Shown piece after piece: positions 18,663 to 27,861 of a stretch of 64,000 nucleotides of DNA. Origin of the DNA: Puia sp. (GTDB taxonomy: Bacteria; Bacteroidota; Bacteroidia; Chitinophagales; Chitinophagaceae); assembly GCA_035948015.1 (NCBI GenBank), contig DASZJO010000114.1, forward strand, positions 31,780-95,779, read 5' to 3'. The notes under the pieces are model-generated. The model saw only the letters and a list, made by a program, of their open reading frames with translations, did no database searches and was not told the origin of the DNA. The position numbers and the translations under genes are program-made. Position 1 is the stretch's first letter; the number at the start of each line of letters is the position of its first letter.

Positions 18663-19027
18663 TATCGGCCGCGTGTCTGCATCGCCCCGGGGCCACTACG
18701 AAATAAATGTGTTGCCCGATTAACAAAAGTTTTATAGTCGATTCACAAAAGCATTATAATTTTGCGGCCGGAAATGCGGTTACCCGGATACCCCTGCCGG
18801 GAATTGCAAAAGCTGACTCAACAATTCACCCACCCACCACCATTCCGGCTGCCAGCGCGGCACCGGCGCAGGATATCGCTGTTAACCCAATATTCGGATC
18901 GTCATCCGGGAATTGCGGCTGACCAGATAAACTATAAATAAAAACAACGTAGCAAGTGATTTTTATGCAAAACAAGAATGATACCGGCTAGGCCAAACGG
19001 CATCACGGTGAGATCGGAACAATAAAA

Positions 19028-19055
19028 AACGGGAAATGTTAGCGCATTCCCCGTT
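19028..19055 (-). terminator. Intrinsic-terminator-like hairpin oriented on the minus strand, 77-104 nt upstream of susC-like gene 1
   Basis: The minus-strand sequence is AACGGGGAATGC-gctaa-CATTTCCCGTT followed by TTTTTATTG. No minus-strand CDS lies upstream of it. Confidence 0.45.
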
Positions 19056-19131
19056 CAGATTGCAACGGAAACCTTTTGACCAACTGGGAGGGCGGTCGGG
19101 TTTCGCATTTTATAATCCTTAATATAAATGT

Positions 19132-22100
19132 ATGAAATTTTTAGTACCCGTGCTGTTTGTGTTGCTGGGAATCCCGCAAGCCAGAGCGAACGTTGATACA
19201 CGGGAATCCGTCACCCGCTTACCCATCCGCATCACCGGGACGGTAACTGGCGACAACAACGAACCGCTTTCCGGAGTCACGGTGCAGGTTAAAGGCTCCG
19301 CGGCAGGCACGACCACCAATAACCTGGGACAATTCACCATTACTGCCGCCGATAGCGCTACATTGCTGTTTTCCTATATAGGCTATACCTCGAAGGAGGT
19401 GCCGGTCAGCGGACAGAATGAGCTCAATGTCCAGCTGAAGACTTCCACCAGTGCGCTGGACCAGGTCGTAGTGATCGGTTACGGTAGCCAGCGTAGAGGC
19501 GACATTACTTCAGCGATATCCACGATCAAATTGAACGACGTCAGTGAACGACCCATCGTCTCGACATCGGAAGTGCTCGCCGGTAAGGCGCCGGGTGTAC
19601 AGGTCTTTCAACCTTCCGGCGCGCCGGGTGCAGATTTCAGCGTACGGGTTAGAGGGATCGCCTCCACGGGCGGAGCCGAACCGATCTATGTGATCGACGG
19701 CGTCGTCGCTTCGGATACCCATACCCTCGATCCCAATGATATTGAGTCGATCAGCGTGCTGAAAGATGCGGCCGCGGCAGGTATTTATGGCTCGGCCGGA
19801 AGCACGAACGGCGTAGTGCAGATCACAACCAAACATGGCTCCCGGGGGAAGACCCGGACAGAAGTCTCCGCCTATACGGGCATCCAGCAAATTGTAAAAA
19901 AACTACCGGTGTTGAACGGTTCTCAATACCTGTCGCTGTTGACGGATGAATATGCCAATGCCGGGAGCACCCTGCCTTCGATCCCGTCCAGTCTGAATGC
20001 CAACAATAACTGGCAGAACCTCGTATATCACACCGCAAACCAGACCGGCGCCAATGCCAATTTTTCAGGCGGCTCCCAGAAGGGGACCTGGTTTCTGGGC
20101 CTTGGCTATCTCGACCAAAACGGGATCGTCCATACCTCGGACTTTAAGCGTTACTCCCTCAATCTCAAGCTGGACCAGGACATGAATAACTGGCTGAGCG
20201 TAGGCGCCAATGTCAGCTATAACCGGTCCTACACCACGACCATCGCGGATGGCGCATCAGCGCAACATGGCGGCACCGTGCTGGCGGCACTTACCGTTCC
20301 GCCAATCGTTCCGGTCAGTGTCAAAGGGATCTATGCCGCTAATTTCGACGGTACGAACAACCCCGTTGGAAACATTTATGACAATACGAACTCGAATGCA
20401 GCCAATAATCTGGTGGGGAATGTCCATGCCGAGATCAAACTGCCGTTTGACCTCAAATACAGATCCCAGGCCGGCGTCACCCTGGAACAATTTAACTACA
20501 ACTATTTCCTCAATCCATTCAATAACGCGTATGGCATCTCGATCGGCGGTGCGGGCAGCAATACCAGCCAGGAAGTGCTGAGATATGTGCTGGACAACAC
20601 CCTTACCTGGGACAGATCCTTCGGGGCAAACGCCTTTAATGTGGTGATCGGTACGGAGACGGTCAATGAGAAGTATTATAACAACACTCAGTCGGGCCGC
20701 GGCTTCGCTACAGCGGCAGTTCCTACCCTCAACGCAGCGACCTCCAATCAGTCCATTTACAGCTACCAGACGGACTGGGCCGACCTCTCTTATTTCGGCC
20801 GGGCCACTTATTCATATGACGACAAATACCTGGCGACTGCCACCATTCGGGCGGACGGTTCGTCCCGCGTGGGCATCGATAACAAATGGGGTTATTTCCC
20901 GGCCTTCTCGGCCGGCTGGCGGGCTTCGAAGGAGGCCTTTCTTCAAAACTCCAATTTTATCGAAAACCTGTTGATCCGCGCGGGCTGGGGCGAAACGGGC
21001 AATCTGCCTGCAACTTCCCTGACGGACTACCCTTCCTATACTTCGCTTAACCCCGGCTCACCTTATATCTATGGCACGACAACTTCGCCGGGCGTTCAAC
21101 TTTCCAGCCCGGTCGGCAATCCCAAACTGAAGTGGGAATCCGGCCAGCAGGTGAATATCGGCTTCGACCTGTCTGTCCTGAAAGGCCGGATCAGCCTCTC
21201 GGCCGACTATTATAACAAAAAGACCACCGACCTGATCTTCCCCGAGACCCTGCCTGCGACCAGCGGCAATAATGACGGCCAGATCATCGTCAACCTCCCC
21301 GGCAACGATAACAACCGCGGGGAAGAATTTGCGTTGACAGGGTTCATCTTTAAAACAAAAGATTTCGGCTGGTCCAGCACCGTCAATATGTCCTTTAACA
21401 AGAACGAGGTTACCGGACTGGATAGCGGTCAGATCTTTTACTACGGGGGGATCGAGTTTGGCGGTACCGGCACCAACCAATATGTTTCTGTCGTGAAGAA
21501 CGGGTTGCCTCTTGGGGCTTTCTATGGCTATAAGGCACTAGGCGTCAATCCTCAGACTGGGAATGAAACATTTGCCGACCTGAATCACGACGGCGTAATA
21601 GACCCTACCCATGACCGGACCTATCTGGGTAGCGGCTTACCGACCTTTGTATATAGCTGGTTGAATAACCTGACCTATAAGAGCTTCGGCCTTGACCTTC
21701 TCCTGGACGGGGTAGGCGGAAACAAAATATTCGACGCCACGCGGATCGAGACCGAAGGCATGTCCACAGCCAACAACGCTTCCACCGCCGTGCTGCGCCG
21801 CTGGACGACGCCCGGGCAGATCACGGACGTGCCAAAAGCCGTGTTCGGTGACCCGGGAGCCGCGAACTCGGTTCCCAACTCCAGCATTTCTTCCCGCTTT
21901 GTGGAAAGCGGAGCCTTCTTCCGGCTGAAAGCCGCTACGCTGAGCTACACCGTGAAATCGGATGGCTTGCAGCATATCGGGGTTTCCGGCATCCGCATCT
22001 ATTTGACAGGCCAAAACCTGTTTACCGTCACAAAATACAAAGGCTATAATCCGGAAGTGAACCAGCAGGGGGTGAGCTCGACTGCCTTGGGCATAGATTA

Positions 22101-22155
22101 TGGCACCTATCCCCAATCAAGGATTTATACGGTCGGGGCTAACGTAGATCTCTAA
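19132..22155 (+). CDS. SusC/RagA family TonB-linked outer membrane transporter
   Basis: Signal peptide, carboxypeptidase-regulatory-like domain (ITGTVTGDNNEPLSGVTVQVKG), plug (VVVIGYGSQRRGD, SISVLKDAAAAGIYGS), and a C-terminal barrel ending in a Phe/Leu-type terminus. Confidence 0.93.
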   Translation: MKFLVPVLFVLLGIPQARANVDTRESVTRLPIRITGTVTGDNNEPLSGVTVQVKGSAAGTTTNNLGQFTITAADSATLLFSYIGYTSKEVPVSGQNELNVQLKTSTSALDQVVVIGYGSQRRGDITSAISTIKLNDVSERPIVSTSEVLAGKAPGVQVFQPSGAPGADFSVRVRGIASTGGAEPIYVIDGVVASDTHTLDPNDIESISVLKDAAAAGIYGSAGSTNGVVQITTKHGSRGKTRTEVSAYTGIQQIVKKLPVLNGSQYLSLLTDEYANAGSTLPSIPSSLNANNNWQNLVYHTANQTGANANFSGGSQKGTWFLGLGYLDQNGIVHTSDFKRYSLNLKLDQDMNNWLSVGANVSYNRSYTTTIADGASAQHGGTVLAALTVPPIVPVSVKGIYAANFDGTNNPVGNIYDNTNSNAANNLVGNVHAEIKLPFDLKYRSQAGVTLEQFNYNYFLNPFNNAYGISIGGAGSNTSQEVLRYVLDNTLTWDRSFGANAFNVVIGTETVNEKYYNNTQSGRGFATAAVPTLNAATSNQSIYSYQTDWADLSYFGRATYSYDDKYLATATIRADGSSRVGIDNKWGYFPAFSAGWRASKEAFLQNSNFIENLLIRAGWGETGNLPATSLTDYPSYTSLNPGSPYIYGTTTSPGVQLSSPVGNPKLKWESGQQVNIGFDLSVLKGRISLSADYYNKKTTDLIFPETLPATSGNNDGQIIVNLPGNDNNRGEEFALTGFIFKTKDFGWSSTVNMSFNKNEVTGLDSGQIFYYGGIEFGGTGTNQYVSVVKNGLPLGAFYGYKALGVNPQTGNETFADLNHDGVIDPTHDRTYLGSGLPTFVYSWLNNLTYKSFGLDLLLDGVGGNKIFDATRIETEGMSTANNASTAVLRRWTTPGQITDVPKAVFGDPGAANSVPNSSISSRFVESGAFFRLKAATLSYTVKSDGLQHIGVSGIRIYLTGQNLFTVTKYKGYNPEVNQQGVSSTALGIDYGTYPQSRIYTVGANVDL

Positions 22156-22173
22156 CTCAAAAAATGAATTATC

Positions 22174-23643
22174 ATGCGTATCAATCATAAATTATTTGTT
22201 TTCCTGCTGCTTGCCGGCGTCCTGACCATGGCCGCCGCTTGTAGCAAAACGATCGAAAAAACTCCGATCTCCAGCCTTACCACGTCGAATTACTGGAAGA
22301 CCGCTACCGACGCGGAAGCGGGACTGACGGGAGCATATAACAGCCTCTACCAGCAATTTTATATCTGGGACTATATGACCAACGGGGACGTACAGGCCGA
22401 CAACTGCTATGCGGGCGGTAACAATCCGGACAATTTCAGCATCGACCAGTTTGCGCTTAGCCCGCTTAACGGTAACGTCACGCGCGACTGGCAGGGACTT
22501 TATTACGGTGTCGCCAACGCCAATGCCGTGACGGACAACGTCCCCGCGATCAACGATCCCATCTGGACAGGCACTACCCGGAAATCGCAGATCATCGCGG
22601 AAGCCAAATTCCTCCGCGCACTGCATTATTTTTTCCTGGTGACTACCTATGGCGACGTGCCCCTGGTGGTGACCAATAATAACACCGGGAATGCGCTTTT
22701 TCCGGCCCGTACTGCCGCCCCCGCCGTCTATTTGCAGATCGAGCAGGACCTCATGTCCGCCGACTCCAACCTGCTGGCGGCTTCCGGAGGCAACCCGAAC
22801 AACGGGAGAGCTACCCGGGGCGCGGCGGAAGGTCTGCTGGCCAAAGTATATGCACAGCAAGGCAAATATGACTCCTGCATCATCTATTGCAATAAGGTGC
22901 TGGCTAATTCGTATTATTCGCTATTGCCCAATTATGCCGATCTCTTTGACGGTAACCATAAGCTAACCGTTGAATCCTTGTTCGAGATCCAGCATGGCAC
23001 CGTATCGGGAACAACGAACTATGGCCCCGAATTGCTGCTGCCCTACTCGTTAACGGGAGATACCTACGCTAAATTCAATGAATGTACCAACGACCTGATC
23101 AAGGCCTACCGCGCTGCGGGCGATACGGTCCGGCTCAACGCATCGGTCTATTTTTCGCTGCCCGAAGACACGATTGCGATCCCTCCCCCTTATACGGTTG
23201 CCACCAGCCCCGTACCCTACGCCTATAAATGGAAACAGGCGGCCGGCTACAACAGCCCGGATAACGAGATCCTTATCCGGCTGGCGGATATCATTCTGCT
23301 GGACGCTGAAGCGCTCAACCAGACCGGCCAGACGGCCGCGGCCATCCCGCTGCTCAACCAGATCAGGGCCCGCGTAGGTCTGCCTCATACTGCCGCCTCC
23401 GCCCAATCCGATGTTGCCACGGCCATCCTGAATGAAAGACGGTTGGAATTGGCCCTGGAAGGTTGGCGCTGGACAGACCTTTTACGTTTCGGCGCGCAGT
23501 ATACGATCAATCTGATGAATAGCCAGGTGGACCCGATCGGTGCCTCGCTGAACTATAATGTCACCCAGAATAAATTGCTGTTTCCCGTCCCTCAGTCTGA
23601 AAGGGACCTCGATCAGAACCTCACCCAAAATCCGGGGTATTGA
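22174..23643 (+). CDS. SusD/RagB family nutrient-binding outer membrane lipoprotein
   Basis: Lipobox MAAACS, SusD-like TPR core, C-terminal ERRLELALEGWRWTDLLRFG and PVPQSERDLDQNLTQNPGY. Confidence 0.92.
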   Translation: MRINHKLFVFLLLAGVLTMAAACSKTIEKTPISSLTTSNYWKTATDAEAGLTGAYNSLYQQFYIWDYMTNGDVQADNCYAGGNNPDNFSIDQFALSPLNGNVTRDWQGLYYGVANANAVTDNVPAINDPIWTGTTRKSQIIAEAKFLRALHYFFLVTTYGDVPLVVTNNNTGNALFPARTAAPAVYLQIEQDLMSADSNLLAASGGNPNNGRATRGAAEGLLAKVYAQQGKYDSCIIYCNKVLANSYYSLLPNYADLFDGNHKLTVESLFEIQHGTVSGTTNYGPELLLPYSLTGDTYAKFNECTNDLIKAYRAAGDTVRLNASVYFSLPEDTIAIPPPYTVATSPVPYAYKWKQAAGYNSPDNEILIRLADIILLDAEALNQTGQTAAAIPLLNQIRARVGLPHTAASAQSDVATAILNERRLELALEGWRWTDLLRFGAQYTINLMNSQVDPIGASLNYNVTQNKLLFPVPQSERDLDQNLTQNPGY

Positions 23644-23680
23644 GCTATCTTTATGCTCCACCATAAACAACTTTGTGCAA

Positions 23681-24904
23681 ATGAAAAAGGTATTCTTCTT
23701 ACTCATGCTCCTCCCTTTCCTGACACAGGCACAGGTGGACACAGGCGTACATTTCGAGCATGGGCTTAGCTGGTCCGCTATTCAGGCAAAAGCCAAAGCG
23801 GAAAACAAATATATCTTCATGGACTGCTTCACGACCTGGTGCGGTCCATGCCGGTATATGTCCACGACGATCTTTCCGCAGGAAGAGACCGGCAATTATT
23901 TTAACGATAAATTCATCAGCGTCAAAGTACAGCTGGATACGACTGCGGGCGACGCCGCCAACATCAAGGCCTGGTATGCCGACGGCCACGATATCGCAGT
24001 CAAATACGGAGTGCGCGCGTATCCGACCTACCTGATCTTCGCCCCGGACGGCCAGATCATCCACCGCACCGTCGGCTCCAGCCCGACCGCGAAAGAATTC
24101 ATCAGCCACATATCTGAATCCTTCGACAGGACGAAGCAATACTATACGCTGCTGAACCAATACAAGAGCGGTCGCAGTGATACCGCCTTCCTCCATAAGG
24201 TAGCTATGTCCTGCTTCCACGCCTATGACCTTGCAGGCGGTAACGCGGTGGCCAACGAATGGCTGGCCACCCAGTCGGACCTGTTTTCCCGCGACGCCCT
24301 TTACCTACAGGAAGCCTTTACACAAAAGAGCACCGACAAATACTTTTCGACCTTCACCGACCATCCGGCCGAAGTAGATAAGGTTTTAGGACCCGGCTTC
24401 GCGAGCATGAAAGTGCGCAACATCTTCGTGAACGAAGTCCCTACCCGCAAGCCCGGCGATAACCGGCCGCCGGATTGGACAGCGCTCCACAAAAAGATCG
24501 CCGCCAAGCTCCCCGCGGAAGCCGACGAACTCACCGCACGGGTCAAAATCACTTATTACATGGGCAAGAAAGACTTTCCCAACTTCGAAAAAGTCATGGT
24601 TGCCTACATGAAGACCTACAACAACAAGATCTCCGACGGCGAGCTCAATAATATCGCCTGGTCCGTTTTCCAGAACTGCCCCGACATGACCTGCGTATCC
24701 GATGTGCTGGATTGGGGCAAGCGCTTGAAGGACAACACGGACCCCACCTTAGTGGACACCTACGCCAACATACTGTATAAGCTTGGGAAAAAGGACGAAG
24801 CCATCGCCCTCGAAACAAAAGCCAAGAGTCTTGCCGGCGACACCGATAAGGCCTCCTTCCAGCAGACCATCGACAAAATGAGGAGAGGCGAAAAGACGTG
24901 GTAG
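23681..24904 (+). CDS. Secreted thioredoxin-fold protein (DUF255/thioredoxin_7-like) with a helical C-terminal region
   Basis: Signal peptide MKKVFFLLMLLPFLTQAQ; CxxC in FMDCFTTWCGPCRYM. The ATG at 23681 is preferred over the track start at 23558, which overlaps susD. Confidence 0.75.
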   Translation: MKKVFFLLMLLPFLTQAQVDTGVHFEHGLSWSAIQAKAKAENKYIFMDCFTTWCGPCRYMSTTIFPQEETGNYFNDKFISVKVQLDTTAGDAANIKAWYADGHDIAVKYGVRAYPTYLIFAPDGQIIHRTVGSSPTAKEFISHISESFDRTKQYYTLLNQYKSGRSDTAFLHKVAMSCFHAYDLAGGNAVANEWLATQSDLFSRDALYLQEAFTQKSTDKYFSTFTDHPAEVDKVLGPGFASMKVRNIFVNEVPTRKPGDNRPPDWTALHKKIAAKLPAEADELTARVKITYYMGKKDFPNFEKVMVAYMKTYNNKISDGELNNIAWSVFQNCPDMTCVSDVLDWGKRLKDNTDPTLVDTYANILYKLGKKDEAIALETKAKSLAGDTDKASFQQTIDKMRRGEKTW

Positions 24905-24937
24905 TCCCTTAGCGCCGCCCGCACCCGGGGGGCCACC

Positions 24938-26065
24938 CTATTTCGAATCAAAATCCACCACTACCTTATCCGACCGCGGATGCGACTGACAGGTAAGGAC
25001 AAATCCCGCCTCCAGTTCATCCGCTTCCAACGCATAGTTGGCATCCATCTCTACCTTTCCCTCAAGCAGCCTTGCCCTGCACGTGGCGCATACGCCGCCT
25101 TTGCAGGCGAACGGAAGATCGACTCCCTCCATCAACGCCGCTTGCAGCACCGAAGACCCCTCAAAAGGCAAGGCAAACGTATGGCTTAACCCATCCAATC
25201 GCACCGTCACCCGGCTCACTCGATTAAGCCTGCCCCCGAACCCCGAAGCACTCTCTGTCAAAGGTCCTCCCGACGGCCCGCCTTCCTCCACCAGCCGCTG
25301 CCGGACAGCACCCCCGCCCTCCAGCGTGTGGAACAACTCAAAATGGATCCGCCGCCTCTCCACCCCCTGACCCTCCAGCCAATCTTTGACTGAAAAGATC
25401 ATTTGCTCCGGCCCGCACAGGAACACCTCATCCAGGGAATGAAGATCGATCAGCCGATCGCAAAGCTCGACGCACTTCTGAACGTCGATCCGTCCCTGAA
25501 ATAACGGGATATCCATCTCCTCCCGGGAAAGAATATGGTAAAGGGAAAACCGGTCGATGTACCGGTTCTTCAACGCCTCCAGCTCCTCCCGGAAAATGAT
25601 CGACAACCGGTGCCGGTTGCCGTATACCAGCGTGAACCGGCTTTCAGGCTCCACCGCAAGCGTGGTTTTGATCAGCGAAATGACCGGCGTGATACCACTG
25701 CCCGCCGCAAAAGCCAGGTAGTCCTTCCTATTCTCCGGGCTTACCTCGGTGTAGAACCTTCCACTCGGCGGCAGCACCTCGAGCTGAGACCCGACCGCCA
25801 GCCGCGCATTCGCCCACGTCGAGAAGACCCCTCCGGGTACCTTCTTTATTGCGATCCGCAGCTCACTTTCCAGCGGACTGCTGCAAATAGAATAAGATCG
25901 CCGGACTTCCTCACCACCGACCTTCATCCGTACCGTTATATTCTGCCCTTGCCGATACCCGAATTCCTCCTTCAGCCCGGCCGGGATCGCAAAGGCAACC
26001 GACACACAATCCGCCGTCTCCCGCCGCACATCTTCGATCGTCAATGTTCTAAAGTGAGTAGCCAT
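24938..26065 (-). CDS. paaE: Phenylacetyl-CoA epoxidase reductase subunit PaaE (PaaK): FNR-like plus a C-terminal 2Fe-2S ferredoxin
   Basis: RSYSICSSP (FAD binding), AAGSGITPV (NAD binding), and plant-type ferredoxin CKGGVCATCRARLLEG. Confidence 0.9.
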   Translation of the reverse strand: MATHFRTLTIEDVRRETADCVSVAFAIPAGLKEEFGYRQGQNITVRMKVGGEEVRRSYSICSSPLESELRIAIKKVPGGVFSTWANARLAVGSQLEVLPPSGRFYTEVSPENRKDYLAFAAGSGITPVISLIKTTLAVEPESRFTLVYGNRHRLSIIFREELEALKNRYIDRFSLYHILSREEMDIPLFQGRIDVQKCVELCDRLIDLHSLDEVFLCGPEQMIFSVKDWLEGQGVERRRIHFELFHTLEGGGAVRQRLVEEGGPSGGPLTESASGFGGRLNRVSRVTVRLDGLSHTFALPFEGSSVLQAALMEGVDLPFACKGGVCATCRARLLEGKVEMDANYALEADELEAGFVLTCQSHPRSDKVVVDFDSK

Positions 26066-26092
26066 AATATCAATTTGCGCCCTGGCCCCCGT

Positions 26093-26683
26093 TTACTTTT
26101 TCAACCCCTCGATCAGGAATTTAACCATATTCGTCTCCAGCGCCTCCGCACTGGTAGTCTTCCTGGACCGCTGCCAGGAATCGATGCCGCTGACCGCGGA
26201 CAGGATAACCAGCACCGCGGTATAAGGCTCAATAGCCTTCAACTCCCCCTTGCTGATACCGTCCTCTATAAGATCACCCAGCCTTTTACGGTAGTTCCGC
26301 CGCTGGTTCAGGAAGTTGGAAAGATAAGGCTCCGGCAAATGCCGCCATTCATGATCGGCAATATAGACATATTCATACTGGTCCAGCATCATTCGGATAT
26401 GCAGCCGGATAATCGTCTCCATTTTCTTCAGGGTCGGATGATGGCTTGCCTCGACGACCTCCAGGTTGCTCATAAACTCATTAGCTATCTTGAAACAGAT
26501 CGCCTGCAGGATCTCTGCCTTGGACTGGATATGATTGTATAAACTCGCAGCTTCCACTCCGACATGCTCGGCAAGATCACGCATACTGGCGGCACCGAAA
26601 CCCTTCTCCCGGAAAAGCTTCGACGCCTTCTCGATGATCACATCTTTTTTGGTGCTGTTCTTCTTATTTACAATTTTAGCCAT
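26093..26683 (-). CDS. TetR/AcrR family transcriptional regulator (candidate PaaR-like repressor)
   Basis: N-terminal HTH IIEKASKLFREKGFGAASMRDLAEHVGVEAASLYNHI. The ATG at 26683 (MAKIVNKK) is preferred over the track start at 26869. Co-oriented with, and 27 nt upstream of, paaE. Confidence 0.85.
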   Translation of the reverse strand: MAKIVNKKNSTKKDVIIEKASKLFREKGFGAASMRDLAEHVGVEAASLYNHIQSKAEILQAICFKIANEFMSNLEVVEASHHPTLKKMETIIRLHIRMMLDQYEYVYIADHEWRHLPEPYLSNFLNQRRNYRKRLGDLIEDGISKGELKAIEPYTAVLVILSAVSGIDSWQRSRKTTSAEALETNMVKFLIEGLKK

Positions 26684-26712
26684 AGAACAAACGACCGTCA
26701 GGGGCAAACCGC

Positions 26713-26730
26713 CACTAACGAGTGTTAGTG
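26713..26730. promoter_or_regulatory. Inverted repeat CACTAAC-gagt-GTTAGTG between the divergent TetR and PfkB-kinase genes (candidate TetR operator)
   Basis: 7-bp arms with a 4-nt spacer. Shares CTAAC-N4-GTTAG with the paaA upstream palindrome. Lies 30-47 nt upstream of the TetR ATG. Confidence 0.55.
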
Positions 26731-26778
26731 CGCAAGTTACGTTAAAAATATGTAGGTTGCAGCCCAAAAACCAACAGC

Positions 26779-27702
26779 ATGTCATTAACCGTCGTCGGAA
26801 CCATGGCCTATGACGCCATCGAGACGCCTTTCGGAAAAACGGACTGGATCGTGGGTGGCGCGGCAACATATGTAGCTTACGCCGCCAGCAATTTTGTCAA
26901 TCCCATCAACCAGGTCTCCATTGTCGGCTACGATTTTGAAAAAGCTGAGATGGATGAGCTGGAACGACGTGGTGTCAGCCTCGAAGGTGTGGAACGGAAA
27001 AAAGATAAGAAGTCCTTCTTCTGGAAAGGAAGATATCACCTCGATATGAATACCCGCGATACGCTGGTCACCGACCTGAACGTGCTGACAGACTTCAACC
27101 CCGTTATTCCCGAAAGCTACCAGGGCAGCGAATTCCTGATGCTCGGCAACGTCCTGCCCAGCCTGCAGATGAGCGTCGTCCAACAGATGCGCAAGCGCCC
27201 CAAACTGATCGCAATGGACACCATGAATTTCTGGATGGATAACGCCCTCGACGACCTGAAGAAACTACTGACGATGGTCGACGTCCTGATGGTCAACGAC
27301 AGCGAAGCCCGCCAGCTCAGCGGCCAGTTCTCCCTCGTAAAAGCTGCCCGGGCGATATTCGGGATGGGCCCCCGTTATGTGATTATCAAGAAAGGCGAGC
27401 ATGGCGCCCTGTTGTTCCATGAGGACAAAGTCTTTGTGGCGCCCGCCCTGCCGCTGGAAGATGTTTTTGATCCGACAGGCGCGGGCGATACCTTTGCCGG
27501 CGGCTTTATGGGCTATCTCGCAAAAACAAAAGATATCTCCTTCGAAAATATGAAGACCGCGATCATCGTCGGATCGGCCATGGCCTCCTTCTGCGTGGAG
27601 AAGTTCGGCCCCACCCGGCTTAAGGAGATCACCCGTTCCGACATCGATACCCGGATCCGGCAATTCGTCGACCTGGTAAATTTTGATATTAAGTTGATCT
27701 AA
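26779..27702 (+). CDS. PfkB/ribokinase-family carbohydrate or nucleoside kinase
   Basis: C-terminal PfkB signature DPTGAGDTFAGGFMGYLA; N-terminal VVGTMAYDAIETPFG. Confidence 0.85.
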   Translation: MSLTVVGTMAYDAIETPFGKTDWIVGGAATYVAYAASNFVNPINQVSIVGYDFEKAEMDELERRGVSLEGVERKKDKKSFFWKGRYHLDMNTRDTLVTDLNVLTDFNPVIPESYQGSEFLMLGNVLPSLQMSVVQQMRKRPKLIAMDTMNFWMDNALDDLKKLLTMVDVLMVNDSEARQLSGQFSLVKAARAIFGMGPRYVIIKKGEHGALLFHEDKVFVAPALPLEDVFDPTGAGDTFAGGFMGYLAKTKDISFENMKTAIIVGSAMASFCVEKFGPTRLKEITRSDIDTRIRQFVDLVNFDIKLI

Positions 27703-27727
27703 AATTGTTTTATTAGATCTTCCTGTT

Positions 27728-27861
27728 TATATTTGCCGCGAAATGAAAATGGTAAAGTCTACAAAGCAGATTAAGAAGTGCTTCCCCGAGCGGGAAAGGG
27801 TCTGATCGTTTTGTAACAAAATATGTCAGGAGCCTTCCCGCAGGGAAGGCTCTTTTTTTTT
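27728..27861 (+). promoter_or_regulatory. Candidate asd leader: -7 box, 20-codon leader ORF (27743-27805, MKMVKSTKQIKKCFPERERV) and a 4-segment attenuator
   Basis: -7 box TATATTTG at 27728-27735. The uORF is rich in Lys/Met/Thr/Ile. Segments: seg1 CTTCCC 27781-27786, seg2 GGGAAAGGGTC 27792-27802, seg3 GAGCCTTCCC 27830-27839, seg4 GGGAAGGCTC 27843-27852. Confidence 0.5.
27830..27861 (+). terminator. Perfect rho-independent terminator 15 nt upstream of the asd start codon
   Basis: GAGCCTTCCC-gca-GGGAAGGCTC (10-bp perfect stem) followed by nine T residues. Confidence 0.9.

Noticed and set aside
18707-18922. 71-aa ORF in the paaA/susC spacer
   Set aside because: No signal peptide, no domain-like pattern, and Pro/Ala/Thr-biased composition. 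It overlaps the repeat/hairpin region and is better explained as non-coding.
18757-19131. Possible TPP or cobalamin riboswitch in front of the TonB-dependent transporter
   Set aside because: Fragments such as GCTGAC, CACCC and GCCAGCG loosely resemble TPP-box pieces. The conserved CUGAGA, ACCCU and GGGA cores (TPP) and the GCCACUG B12 box are not present in the right order or spacing. I am not confident without an Infernal scan.
23558-23680. Upstream extension of the thioredoxin-like ORF that overlaps the end of susD
   Set aside because: The extension lacks a signal peptide, and the ATG at 23681 yields a canonical one (MKKVFFLLMLLPFLTQAQ). The 86-nt overlap with susD is implausible.
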